From assembly GCA_964016885.1 (NCBI GenBank), contig OZ024746.1:80786001-80850000 (forward strand): a stretch of DNA of 64,000 nucleotides, written 5' to 3'. The notes under the pieces are model-generated. The model ran no database searches. It was not told where the DNA came from and was given only the letters and a program-made list of their open reading frames with translations. The position numbers and the translations under genes are program-made. The stretch comes from Eledone cirrhosa. Its lineage: Eukaryota. Below, piece by piece: positions 26,771 through 39,663 of this stretch. Positions within the stretch are counted from its first letter, which is position 1; every line of letters begins with the position of its first letter.

Positions 26771-29700
26771 ATATATATATATATATATAAACATATATAC
26801 ATATATAAACATATATATATAATTATCACTATCACTGTTTTATATGTTTTCCATGTTGGCATGCATTGGATGGGTTATCAGATTTCTATGGCTTAGTTTC
26901 TATGGATAGATGCACTTTCTAACACCAACTCCTTTAGAGCATGTAGTAAGTGCATTTTATCATGACACCAACACTACCACATTAGAGTATGTACTAAGTG
27001 TATTTTATCATGGCACCGGTACTACCACTTTACAATGTGTACTGGGTGCATTCTATCATGGTACCATCGCTGTCGCCTTAAAGTGAGGTTTCGCCTATCA
27101 AATTCACTCACAAGGCATTGGTTGGCCTAAGATTATAACAGAAAATATTTGCTCAAGGTTCCATACAGTGAGATTGAACACAGGACTCAGAGCTACATGG
27201 TTTGGAGCAAACTTCTTAACCACAGATCCATGCCAATACCTATAGATTGGAACTCTTAGTTTATCAATGCCAGATGGTGTAAACAAACAAATCATTACTC
27301 CCAAAGGAGGTTGGAGTATGGATAGACTAATTAATAGAACAGAGATTAATAAATTAATAATGCTAGAATATTGTCAGAATAATCCACAAAAGGTTTTGGA
27401 ATATTTTACCCACTGAATTTGGCTAGTAGTAAGGTCATTAGGATGGACATCTATCCAGAGAAACCATACCAAATATGGATCATATGAGCAAGATGTGGCT
27501 TTCCAGCCCACCTAGTTTCAGAACATGATGACCTGTCCAACCCATGCCAGCGATGATGATGATAGAACATTCTCTAAGAAATTTCAATTTATATTCCACT
27601 CCTTTAAATCCAACTTATTTAGTTGATAATTCCATTTTTCTTTATTTTGAAGAGTTTCCAAATTCTTGTGATGTTTTGATAACATTTTTGCGAGAATTGG
27701 TTTCCACTATTTGTACAGGCTTCTGGGAAAATTAATCGGTTTATAATCCTGCGGCAAACGAAACAAATTACGCACACACAAATACATATATAAACATTCA
27801 AACACACAAATACACACACACAAACATAAATGGATATACACATGAATAAAAGTACAAACACATACACACATGTATATATACACACACAGATATACATATA
27901 CAATCACACACAAATATGTGTGTGCATGTGTGTAATATATATTCCTCTATATACATATATTTGTGTGTTGAGACGTGCAAACATATGCTCATGCACATAT
28001 GTATGCATTAGAAATTTCTGTCTAATAAGGGAATTACATTGATCAAAACAAAAAATTTCAGACACTTGAAATTGCATCATGTCAGGAGGAGATTTGAATT
28101 GTTGCCAAAACCTGAAGATGAAAACAAGCAGCAGCATTTTATTTATCCATCTCTTCAAAAATAATCTTAATTTTAATGTTGCCACTTTGTTGGCAAGGGA
28201 TTCTAGGAGAATTGCTGTGAATGTACTGTTCTCAACTAAGACATTAACATAATGAATGCACATTAGAAAACAATAAAATACAGTTATTTCAACAGTTATA
28301 GAAATGCATGTAAGTGTTATAGACGTGAGTCACATATATATGAACATGTATTTCATTTACAAAGTCCTTGTTAGATGAATTTGCCAATGCTAAAGCAAAG
28401 TAAATAAACAGCAAAGAAAAAACAACATAAAAATAACATAAAACAAAACATTCCTTCATTATCTTTGCCATATATGGCTGGGTGAAGGAATAACTGATGG
28501 AATTGTTGGTAGAATATGTGAATGTAGAGAACTATGAAATTATAAACAGGTGGGTGAAGAAGTAAATATTTAGAAATATTTGGACCTCCATTGGTTCCGA
28601 TAACAAAAGTACCAGTTATTTGAACAATGGAACTGACTGTTTGTGAAATTAACATGTAAGAAGCTGAGGATTCTACAGATGCATTCACCCTTAGTTTAGT
28701 TCTCAGGGAGATTCAGCATGACACAGTTTGTGTGTATATATGTGTGCATTTGGATGTGTGAGACAAGGATGGCCCCTTTGAATTACAGGTACACCTCATT
28801 TTTGCCAGTTGCATCAGATTTATTTATATCAACCTGATGTGTATCAATAAAAATGAATATATTTGTAGATAGAAATCAGGCATGGTGATTGGTTAAATGG
28901 ATAGATTTAAGGATATGCATACTGATGATGATCATCATCATCATTACCATTATTTAAGAATGTGTTCTTTATGTTGGAATGGGTTGAATAGGTTCGCAAT
29001 ACTACATTCATCCATATTGGTTGATCCTGTGTCATCTCATACCATCAGTCAATGAGTCCATCCCACACATGATTGTACATCAGACAACAGTTCTTTCCCA
29101 GTGTTTCTGATTGGTTGCATATTCTTCTGTTTTTCCAATGTCTGATGATAACTTTCAGATCCTCCTCAAAGATTAAGATCGTAGTCTTCCTTGTTTTGTC
29201 TTTTCTTCTTCCAGTGTTTACCTATCCCAATGTTTTTTTCAAATTTGTCATAACCTGTTTGAAACTGCCCTTGGTTGTATGACTCAAAACTGTTTGCCTC
29301 TAAGGGTTCATATTTATCTAAAACTCTTCATCAAAATTTTATGTAAAAATCTTTAAGCTATGTTCGAAACACCAACTTCATAATAAAAATATTAGTTCAT
29401 TACTAAATTGCTTCATTTTAATTATTTTAAAAATTACTTGAAAATCATAGGCAGTGTTTCATTATAAACAACAATTTACAGCATATTATAACTAGCATGC
29501 ACCATCGATTCACATCATGTTCATACTATTTGCTGTTGTCTCATTCATACACCAACAAGTTCTCTTTAGGTAGTTATTTTCGCTGCTCACTGTTAAATTT
29601 CTGCTTTTGTTATTTCTACATGCTCGTTAAATAACCTAATGTACTATTGTGATCATCTTGTTTTCTTATTGCTACTGTTATTTTACTTCCTCTGGCTATA

Positions 29701-30581
29701 CTTATCAGATTCATGTTTCATGAGTTACTAATATAGGCACCAAACAGCTTCATTTCTATATGAGCGATTAAGTTCTCTGCCAATGATGACAGAAATTCTC
29801 AACCTTTTAAGCTATTATAAACTTCAAAACCTTACACTGCACTAGAGACCTCAAACTATTGATTAAATTGGTTAAACAGATGAATGTATCAGCAATCCCA
29901 AGGGAATTAACTCTGTAGTTCATGGTCTTTTGGTCTCAGCCCTATGAAATTTGTTATAGTCATTGATTTTAGAACACTGTCAATAGTTTTCTAGATTAAC
30001 CTATAGAAAATATTTTCTTTGGCATCCATTTGTCTCTTGAGATAATGCAGTTTTCTCACTACACAACTAGTAAAGTCACATAATGTACAGCTACACATTC
30101 CATGTGTCTATTTTTTTGTGTTGTGTACATAAAATAATGTTACTTCTTTTCTAACAGAATGAGTAGAATGTTTTCTTCAACTTTATTAGTTCATAACGGC
30201 TCCAAACATTGATGTCCTTATAGTAACGATATTAACCTAATGTTTTCAATTTCATTATATTTCTTTCTTTATTTCACCATCCATTAAGGTTGCTTTCAGG
30301 GTCAAACAAATAGCATAATTTTAATTACAGGCTGTCTATTTTGATTTTAATAAATCACTGGTGTATTAAGTGTTTTGTTTCAATTTTATACTTTATTATA
30401 GAATATATCTATAAATCTTTTAGCCAACCATGTATGTATAAACAGATGCAAACACCTTGTCTGTATATACAGTATCTCTATGAACAGAGTAAAGAAAGCT
30501 CAGTCGACCTAGTTTCAATCCTGAGTTGAATAGGCACACTCATTAACTATCTGTACTTATAAACCCTCAATTACTAATAGC

Positions 30582-30841
30582 TTAACCCTTTTGATAACAA
30601 ATGAACTGAAACTGCCTCTAGTTCTATGATACAAAACTGATTGTTTTAAAATGGTTATATTTATTTAAAAACCTTCCCTCATAATGTATGTACCCTTGTT
30701 AAGTTATGTTCCAAACAACAGCTTAATAATGAGAAAGTTATTTATTTTACTTAACCCGTCCAAATTCTTGATTATTTTCAAAATTATTTGAAAACTATTA
30801 GATAGTGATTTTTATTAGAAATATGGTATTGAAAGGGTTAA
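30582..30841. mobile_element. TTAA-flanked MITE (piggyBac-like ends)
   Basis: TTAACCCTTT...AAAGGGTTAA ends. Diverged relatives at ~11430-11670, 15495-15760, 17820-18050, 50610-50861, 52272-52515, 57820-58011 and 59290-59468. Confidence 0.65.
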
Positions 30842-33800
30842 TAAAATTGGTAAATTGCATAGATTGTCAAGTAAATTGAATCGACCAATCTCACAAAAGA
30901 AATGACTGGAGACCACAATAAGTGGTTAGAGGCTGTGCTAAAAAAACATATCCAACCCATACAAGCATGGAAAAACAAATGTAAATATGGTGAGGATGAT
31001 GATGATGATGATGATACACTTGCACACATACAAATGTGTTCTCTCCTCACTCTGTCTCTCACCTTTTATTTGTTATTTACGTTGAATGTCAAACATCATA
31101 ATTTATCATCATTTGTTGATCAGGAATGGTCAAGTTGACACAGCATAAAACATTTGCAATAGATAAAAATGATTCAATTGCCAGCTTTTAAAAAAAACTA
31201 TAAAGCAAAGTTTATTTAAAGAAAAAAGTAATTGTGAAAAAAATAGTAAAAACCAAGACTGGAATTTACCATTTACATAGTAATCTTGAACATTTAATAA
31301 TATAGTATAAATATCCATTTGTAATATATGAACTTTACTTAAATATTATACCCCGCCTCATTAATTCTGTATTAGTCATTTTGACAAAATCATAGGAGCT
31401 TCTGGTTCTAAGTGATGCTTTACTTTTGACATCTAATTCAAAATTAAGATTTATCTTTATTTTTCTCTTCCTTTGTTTCATTAATAATAACAATGTGAGA
31501 AAATAGTGTGTTTTATTAGAGAGCAACAGCAATGCAAATGAGACATTAAATGTTAAAAATAATAACAACAAGAATGTTGGAATATTAACTTGAAGTTGTT
31601 TAATCGTCTTTAATATTTTAGAATAAAATCACTCCATCAAAAAAGGAGTTAAAGAAACTAATTTGGAATACCTTGTTGCCGGTAACTTCCATGTGCTCCA
31701 CCTACTTAACCTGTCCTACAAAAGTGACAACAACCCAATGGTATTACCAATATCTCCTGCCATGTCCTTTGTTTTCCCTTTCCTCATATAGTGCAGCACT
31801 AGCCTATGCCTACCTTCTCACCCTATCCATGGTTTTAATTACCAAGCACATACTTCTATACTTAGTTGAAAGAGCATACATCCTGTCACACCTTCACCAG
31901 TGATCCCTTCAAATCTTCTAAGGGAATATGAAGAGGTTCCCTGTGTTTGAAAAATAGAGATATTTCATCTTTCTTATCATCATTTTCTGGAAAAGAAGGC
32001 ATTGTCTGTTTCGACAAACTTCATCCCTATCTTCTCTTTTTCCTGGCTGTTACTGAGCTTTGAAGTATATGTTAGTTAAAAATGACAAAACTAGAAAGAT
32101 TATTAACAGGTTTCACACCAGAAATAACCAAGAAAAACAATGTACAACATTTATACTAGATAAATTTTTGTTTTTGAAATTCAGTCTTATTTGGTACAAA
32201 ATTTGTGTTTTTTTAGAAAACATATTTTTGTGTTTCTTGTGAGAACAATTGCAGGAAAACAAGCAATCTTCTATTTACAAGATGTTTTCCAATGTTGCAG
32301 GTTTAAAAACAATTTAACATATATATGTTTTCTTTAAAATTAAATTCTTATTATTGAATGAATATTTATTTTTGAAAGGAAAATGAAGTCCAAAAAATAA
32401 ATAAATAATAAAATATGTTCTGAAAATTTGACATTATCAAATATGTATTGGTTGTGAATTAAATGACATTCTAAAATCACTAAACAGCTTCTGAACCAAG
32501 CAAATGTTTGTTAGATTCAGACAGATAAGCTGTACATTTTATATTTTTATTTTATTTAGTTGCATTATTGCAATATGACTGATTTCATGGCATTTGATCC
32601 TAGGCTATGAGCAAAGTAAAACATGAAATAAATGTTGATTTTTAAATGTTTACTATGGAATTTAATGCTTTCTTTCTTATGAATTGTTGTTGTCAAAATT
32701 CAAGACAGCCCTGTCTGTGTTCATCTATGGCAAAAGAGAATCTCTCACTATCACCACCATGTTCTTTTCTTGAACCTTGTGTATATAGGACAATATTAGT
32801 CCTTTCCAAGAAAATAGGGTGTAATTTGAGGTAAATTTGGCTGTTCTTTCTTACTTATTAGCTTCAATATTGTGACTCTTCACACTTTTGATTAATTCTT
32901 GGAATATTTCATGAAAATCTGGGCCAGATCAAATCCTTTTGAAGTCCTAAGCACTAAAAAGATTATGGTGAGCACCCTCCATTTATAAAGTCTGCAGAAA
33001 AAAATATTTGGAATAACAAATATATTTAATTCAAATGAAATGGTATTCCTCTTCCTTTGATGTCTTAAGCATGTGCTTATTTTGCTTATTATTGCTGAAG
33101 TAAACTATTCTGAATTAGTTACAAATTAAAGTATTCCAAGACCAGGGATTCATCAAGCCAAAGTTTATTCTGTTTTCATGGGTGTTTAGGGACCTAGAGT
33201 ACATGATGAAATGCCAGTCCATCACAGGGTTAACTTTTCCGCTGCTACTGCTGCTACTCATTTTTTCCAGTTGAATGGACTAGAGCAATGTGAAATAAAG
33301 TGACTTGCTCAAGAACACAATGCACCACCTTTCCCTGCAGTCCAATTCTCTAACCACTCAGCCACACACCTTCACCCCGTCTAAGTTAACACAATGAATA
33401 ATTTGAAAACAGTAAAGAGAATGGAAATGTTGCTAATTTTAGGTTCTAATCAATATAGTGCAGTACAGTGCAGATATTTACTTGTATGCATGCACATGTG
33501 TAAGTGTGTGTGCGCATGTGTGCACTCACATATGAATATGTGTGTATGTATGTGTATATGCATGCATGTGCATGAGTATATGCATGCATGGGTATAAATA
33601 TATGCTTGCATGGGTATGTGTGTATATGTGCACATAGAGATGTGTGTGCATGAGTGTGTGTGTGTGTGTGCACATGTAAACATGTGTATGTATATATGCA
33701 TATGTAAGCATAGGTGCTCACACAAGTATATGTGTGAGTATAAGTGCATACACAAGTATATGTGTGTGTGCACATACATGATCATATGAGTGTATGTAAA

Positions 33801-34440
33801 TGTGTGTAGAAATGTGTTTATGGATGCATTTGTGTCAGCCTGTGCAGCCTCACATATAAATACATAAGTACATGTAAGTACTATTGAAAATTATCAATCA
33901 AAAATGAATTTGTTAAGCCTTCCAATGAACAGATATCTAAGTAGACAATTAGACATATAGACAACTGCTACAGTAAAATAGCCAAAAATATTCCTTCGTG
34001 ATATATTTAGATTACTTCATGTAGAATAATAAGTTCTTCAGAATCTTTATATAGAAATTTTATTCATAAAAAGCAGAATAGATAGAATTCATTTCTTTCC
34101 AAGACATTCCATTATACTTCTCATGGTATATATATGCATTAGATTGTCCCAAAGGAATATAATTTAGCAAATTGTATTTCAGTATACATAGGTAAACTCT
34201 GGCCTTAGAAATGAAAGTAGCTTTAGATTAGATACAATATGTTTATTTCCCATACTGAAAATACTTTTGTTTGTTTTTTGTTTCTTCAAAACATTTAAAT
34301 TGTAAAGGATAGTTTTTTTGTGTGCAAATATATGTGCATGATTGTGATTATGGATGTTAATATAAATGTAAGTATGTATGTATACGTACATTCATATATG
34401 TATACAGACGTACAGTAGCATGTATATATATATATATATA

Positions 34441-34752
34441 TAATGTAGGAGGTGAGTTTTATTGTAGTACAATAAAGCAATGCAGATATCGGATAAGAAG
34501 CACTCTACAGTTTGTGGGACTGGAGTATGCATAATATAAGATCAAAAGATGGTTAAAGGAGTTCCATATATTTTATTATGCGCATTTCAAAATGTTGATT
34601 TAAAACTGCACTATCAACAAGTGTTTTTTTAGCCTTCATATCATGTTCTCCTGTTTTATCTGATGAAAACACAAATATTATTGCTTGATGATGTTTGTTT
34701 TTGAAATGCGCATAATAAAATATATGGAACTCCTTTAACCATCTTTTGATCT

Positions 34753-34760
<8 letters not shown>
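34441..34760. mobile_element. Hammerhead-bearing element family B (inverted-repeat structure)
   Basis: ~60-bp inverted arms at 34531-34592 and 34699-34760. A second copy lies at 56107-56500. Flanked by (TA)n. Confidence 0.8.
34654..34720 (+). ncRNA. Type I hammerhead ribozyme (family B)
   Basis: TTTTAT-CTGATGA-(AAACACAAATATTA..TGATGTTTGTTTTT)-GAAA-TGCGCA-TA-ATAAAA: canonical core, perfect 6-bp stem I and palindromic stem III. Confidence 0.82.
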
Positions 34761-34783
<23 letters not shown>

Positions 34784-35353
34784 CATACAGGCACACATAT
34801 ATATATGTACGTATCAGTTTAGCAAAAAAGGTGACGTGGTTGCCTTAACACCGTACGGCATAAATCAGGCTGTCCGTTTGTAAACAAACGGACAAAGCGA
34901 GCATTATAATAAATGTTCGCTAAACTGATACGTACATATATATATGTGTGCCTGTATGTATATATATATATATATATATATACATGCTACTGTACGTCTG
35001 TATACATATATGTATGTACGTATACATACATACATACATTTAAGTAAGTGCCGTACTAAGAGTGAGAAATGAAATTTCGTTTCATTCTATTCCAATTGAT
35101 GTTAATATATATCTGTATATAACATTATATTAATGTGTAGATGCATGATTAGGTTTGTCTATTTTGCTAATCTTTAGGTAGATTAACCAGTTTCTTAGTT
35201 TATCAAATCCCTCTCTCTCGAATATGTACGTATATATACATACATATATATATACATATATATATATACATATATATATATATTTATACACACACACACA
35301 CACATATATATGTTGTGTTCACATATATGCACACGTGTTGTGTTCACATATAT

Positions 35354-35694
35354 GGAGGCACATGGCTTAGTGGTTAGAGCATTGGCCTTGCAATCAAAAG
35401 GTTGTGAGTTCAATTCTCAGACCGGGTGATGTGTTGTTTCCTTGAGCAAGACACTTTATTTCACATTGCTCCAGTTTACTCAGCTGTAGAAATGAGATGA
35501 TAGGGATCCCAGTCCCTATTATTCCACTGCAAAGTGGTCGTGGAGGTGCCACGGCAAAAAAGCACCCAGCACTCACTGTAAATGAGGTTGGTGTTAGGAA
35601 GGGCATCCAGCTGTAGAAATCAAGCCAGAATCAGTTCCCGTCCCACCCTTGCAAGCAGGGAAAAGCGGACATATAATGAAATGATGATGATGAT
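35354..35694 (+). mobile_element. tRNA-derived SINE with an RTE-derived tail
   Basis: A box TGGCTTAGTGG, B box GAGTTCAATTC, central CCTTGAGCAAGACACTT core, and a 3' tail matching the RTE-A tail + (GAT)n. Four near-identical copies in the window. Confidence 0.88.
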
Positions 35695-36604
35695 ATATGT
35701 GAATAACTTGAAATATATGTTGAATACTTTCTTGTATAATATTGATATTTTGTGAAACTTCTTTATCTGTGTGTGTATTTTTTTCATTTATGTAATGGGT
35801 TTCTGTGTGGAACACTTCAACAAGTTTGTAAGTATATTTCACAAGAAACATGTTGCTGGAATTACTTAACCTTTTGTCACCATATTTCTAATAAAATACA
35901 TAGTCTATGTGTTTCAATTAATTTAGAAAATAATCAAATATTTGGAGGAACCTAATAAAATAACTAACTTTTTCATTAATAAGTTAATATTTTGAATGTT
36001 ACTTAACAAAAATTTATTAAATGATTATGATGGAAAGAAAAGATATAATATAAAGTACATACATTTTAAAATAGTCGTCTTTTTAATTATACATCAAGGG
36101 CTGTTTCAAGGGGTGTGTTATCAAAAACGATAAAAATATATAAAATTGAAGATTGAATAGTAAAAGGTTTATGCAGTAAAAAGAAAAAAAAAACAAAAAA
36201 AAAACACAGTATGTCTAGGCCAAAATAATTTCACAATGTCAATAATTTATGTTTTTATGTTTGTATAATCATCTCCTTTAAAATTACCACTTCTGGCTGA
36301 TTTTTGGTAAAGAGTTTTGTCTGGCGTTATGACAAAACTGTAATTTAACAGAGTATGATAGAACATTGATCTTTGTATAATGAACGTATTATAGAACAAT
36401 GTAAATTATTAATAATCAAAAAGAGAAGCTTAACTGACTGCTGGCCTTCCTAGTAGCAATCACTTTATAATTGAATGTATATATGGTAGATAGTGGATGT
36501 TTGTGTCTGTATTTCTATAGAGATAACTCTGTTTGCACATATCTACAAGTACACTTTAGAAAAGCGAATCTATTTTGTTTAATTTTTTAGATTAAACACA
36601 AAAA

Positions 36605-36792
36605 TAATTGTTTTTACTTTTGGCACAAGGCCAGCAATTATCCCAGTGCATTACTGGTGCTTTATTTTATCAACCCCGTAAGGATGTAAGGCAAAGTTAA
36701 CCTCGGCGGGATTTGAACGTAAAGGGGCGTAACTCTATGCTGCAAAGCATGACGTCCGACCCTCTACCGATACTGCTAATTCACTGCCCTTA
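36605..36792 (-). mobile_element. Second tRNA-like SINE family (GGCACAAGGCC...GACCCC...AGGATGAAAGGCAAAG...GATTTGAAC)
   Basis: B-box-like GTTCAAATCC on the minus strand. Related copies at ~5690-6035, 12478-12650, 13110-13325 and 16735-16840 (minus) and at ~6300-6440, 51440-51590 and 51835-52040 (plus). Confidence 0.75.
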
Positions 36793-39011
36793 AACTCAAA
36801 ATAATGCTCTTTTACATGACTTAAAGGAGCATATCTTGTTTATATATTGTATTTTTAACTTGGTTTTTATGACTAGATGTACATCATCATCATCATCATC
36901 TTCGTTTAACGTCCATTTTCCACGCTAGCTTTACAGAATGTATTGGGTGCATTTTTATAGTGGCACCCTATTCTAGAGAAGTTGCCATGTCCTCACTAAG
37001 ACCAAAGAATTATCTCTACTCCACATTGTCTCCCTTCCTTCATTCTTTAATCCCAAAGCAGTTGTCTCTTCTTCAGAAAAACCAAGGAATCCCCTATTTC
37101 CAGTGTTATCTCTGTTCCTTTGGTCCTTATCCCTCCTCACCTCAATATAACTGGTTTGGAAGAAGAGAGCTAGTGTCAGAGGATGACAAGAGAATGAATA
37201 ACAAAAGAGAATTGGAGTAACAGGGAGTAAAATGTAATAGAAGAGAGAGGGAGAGTGAGAGAGCGAAAGAAAGAGAAAGTGAGAATAACAGAAGAGAGAG
37301 AGAGAGAGAGCTATAGTTAATAAGCAAAACAATAAATGACCAAAAGAATGATGGAATATTTGAAATGTGAATCTTGTAAACAATAATACAATATTTTACT
37401 ACTGTAATTGTCAAATTTGAGAACATAAAAAAGAAAATTGTCTTGGAAACATCATAATTATAATTATGATAGCCTATTTTATGATTATAATAGTCTATTT
37501 TATAATTATAATCGTCTATTTTATGAGTATAGTAGTCTATTTTATTTTTATGATAATCTATTTTTTTAATAAAAATGTCAAAATTAAACAGATTTTATTT
37601 TTCTTAAAATAAATATTATCTAATAACTAAACATAATGAATAAACAAATATTTAGAGCCAAGTAGAATTCTGAGAAAAATCTTTGATGGTTTTGTTGTCA
37701 AGGCTTTCTGCTAGTGGTTAGAGTGTGTGGCTCATTATCATAAGAAGGTGGGTTTAGGTAGAAGGTTGGAAAATTACTTATTCCAACTCCCTGCTTATTC
37801 CACCTCCACCCCTCTATTATTTGGAACCTAGGAGTACTCAGTGTAACATTTATGTTAAGGATAGTATATTGATTAAGAAATGTTGAACTGTTTCTCATAA
37901 AGAATTGGGGTCAACTTTTATGTGAAATACATAGAAAAATACAAATTTTAGAATCACCAAAAAAATAGGCAGCCATCTTTTACTTGGGATCTATTTTTAC
38001 ACATATATGGTATTTATTTATTTTTTAAATGCTAGAAAACTGGGATGGGAGAATTATTCAAAATTAAAAGAGAACAAGCTAAAAACAAACAACAATGTTC
38101 TAACAAACTAAAGATAAAACTAGAGAACAACAATAACAACATAAAGTCTACTGAAGAATCCCATGGGAGAAATAAGTTAAAATCTATTTAGCCTTATCAA
38201 CTTCCTCCATTTAAAAGTGTTCATTTTTTGTGTTAGTGTTTTAGGGTGACATTCAATGTGTGGTGTTTATGGGATTTATAAAAAATGTTCTTGTTTTCTA
38301 AATAAATAGGAAAGGGAGCTGGAGCTAGGGTTTTAGAATCAGGTATTCCACTATTGCTCAAATTAGGAACTAGGTCAAGGGATAAAGTAGTGAATAATTT
38401 TGTTTATTTGGGGGTTTCATCCTTATTATTTGTCACTTGTTCAAGGTTATTTGGTAACAGCTTAAGAGAGGAATTTCATTGTGTAATTTCACGTTTTTGT
38501 TTGTTTTTGTTTTTTATAGAAATCTTACAGTCTATTATTATGTGCTGAATACAGGAAATTGACATCCAGTAGACCTATCATCAAAGGCATTTCATTCACG
38601 GCCATCACATATTTTTTATCTATGACTCATTCTCCAATGTATCTTCACTTTTTTAAGACATTAGGTTATAATATGAAGGAGATTTGGCCACTATTGCTAG
38701 CAGGTCAAGGAGTAACTATGTAGAAACAAAGGAGTATGCAATCATTACACTATGTAGTGTATATTTTTCATCTCTTGTTTATTATGTCTAGATTGAGAAT
38801 TGCAATACTACTTTCAAACAAGTCATTTCAGTAAAACCACATAACTAATGTTATTGAGAAGATATATGGATATAAAAAAAGATTTAATAAGAAAACATTT
38901 TTATTGTTTGGTTGGGGTATGGAAGGACAGTGGTCATTACTCTTTTTAAGATTTCTAAGGATGGAGAGAGGAAGGTATCTTCAAACTGAAGATCAGACCT
39001 GAATGCTTGCA

Positions 39012-39074
<63 letters not shown>

Positions 39075-39083
39075 GTATGTGTA

Positions 39084-39115
<32 letters not shown>

Positions 39116-39173
39116 TGTGTGTGTGTGTATATATGTGTGTGTGTATATATGTGTGTGTGTGTGTGTATATATA

Positions 39174-39208
<35 letters not shown>

Positions 39209-39231
39209 ATATATATGTGTGTGTGTGTGTG

Positions 39232-39274
<43 letters not shown>

Positions 39275-39560
39275 GTGTGTGTGTGTGTATATATATATAT
39301 ATGTATTGGTAAACGGAATAGAAAATGCTGACAAATTGTTCACAGTTGAAAAATGGTTTAATTAGGAATAAAAGAGTATTGGTAATTGTATGGGTTAGTA
39401 TTCAGTTGTGGTTTTAAGTTTTTAAGTTTTTACCGGTTGCGCATTTCTAAATGCTTTTCAAAAATAATTTTGAGATAGAGTGTCCGTGTTGTTTGCTCTG
39501 ATCTGTATATATACATATATATATATGATATTAAATAAATGGAAACTATATTTAAAAACC

Positions 39561-39637
39561 ATATTTATTTCATTATATATATTTCAGGGATATCATATTA
39601 ACAATATGCTATGCCTTCCTCAGACAAAATACAATAT
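39561..39637 (-). ncRNA. Hammerhead ribozyme copy in the inverted 5' pLTR
   Basis: Reverse complement of 42669-42745 (TCCTCAG at 39617-39623). Confidence 0.75.
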
Positions 39638-39663
39638 AGACAGTTTTATAGATAAATAGATTT

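Larger units (their letters stand above)
34363..35095 (+). mobile_element. Family A copy with a 5' inverted arm, interrupted by a family B insertion
   Basis: 34824-35095 matches 26510-26768. 34781-34823 is the reverse complement of 34919-34961, and 34363-34425 is the reverse complement of ~34978-35041. Confidence 0.8.

Noticed and set aside
35354-35426. tRNA gene
   Set aside because: The A/B boxes belong to a SINE head that continues into core and LINE-derived tail in four copies.
39306-39505. Minus-strand GAAATGCGCA resembling the family B stem III
   Set aside because: There is no upstream CUGANGA or stem I and no UH after the palindrome, so it is too weak to call.
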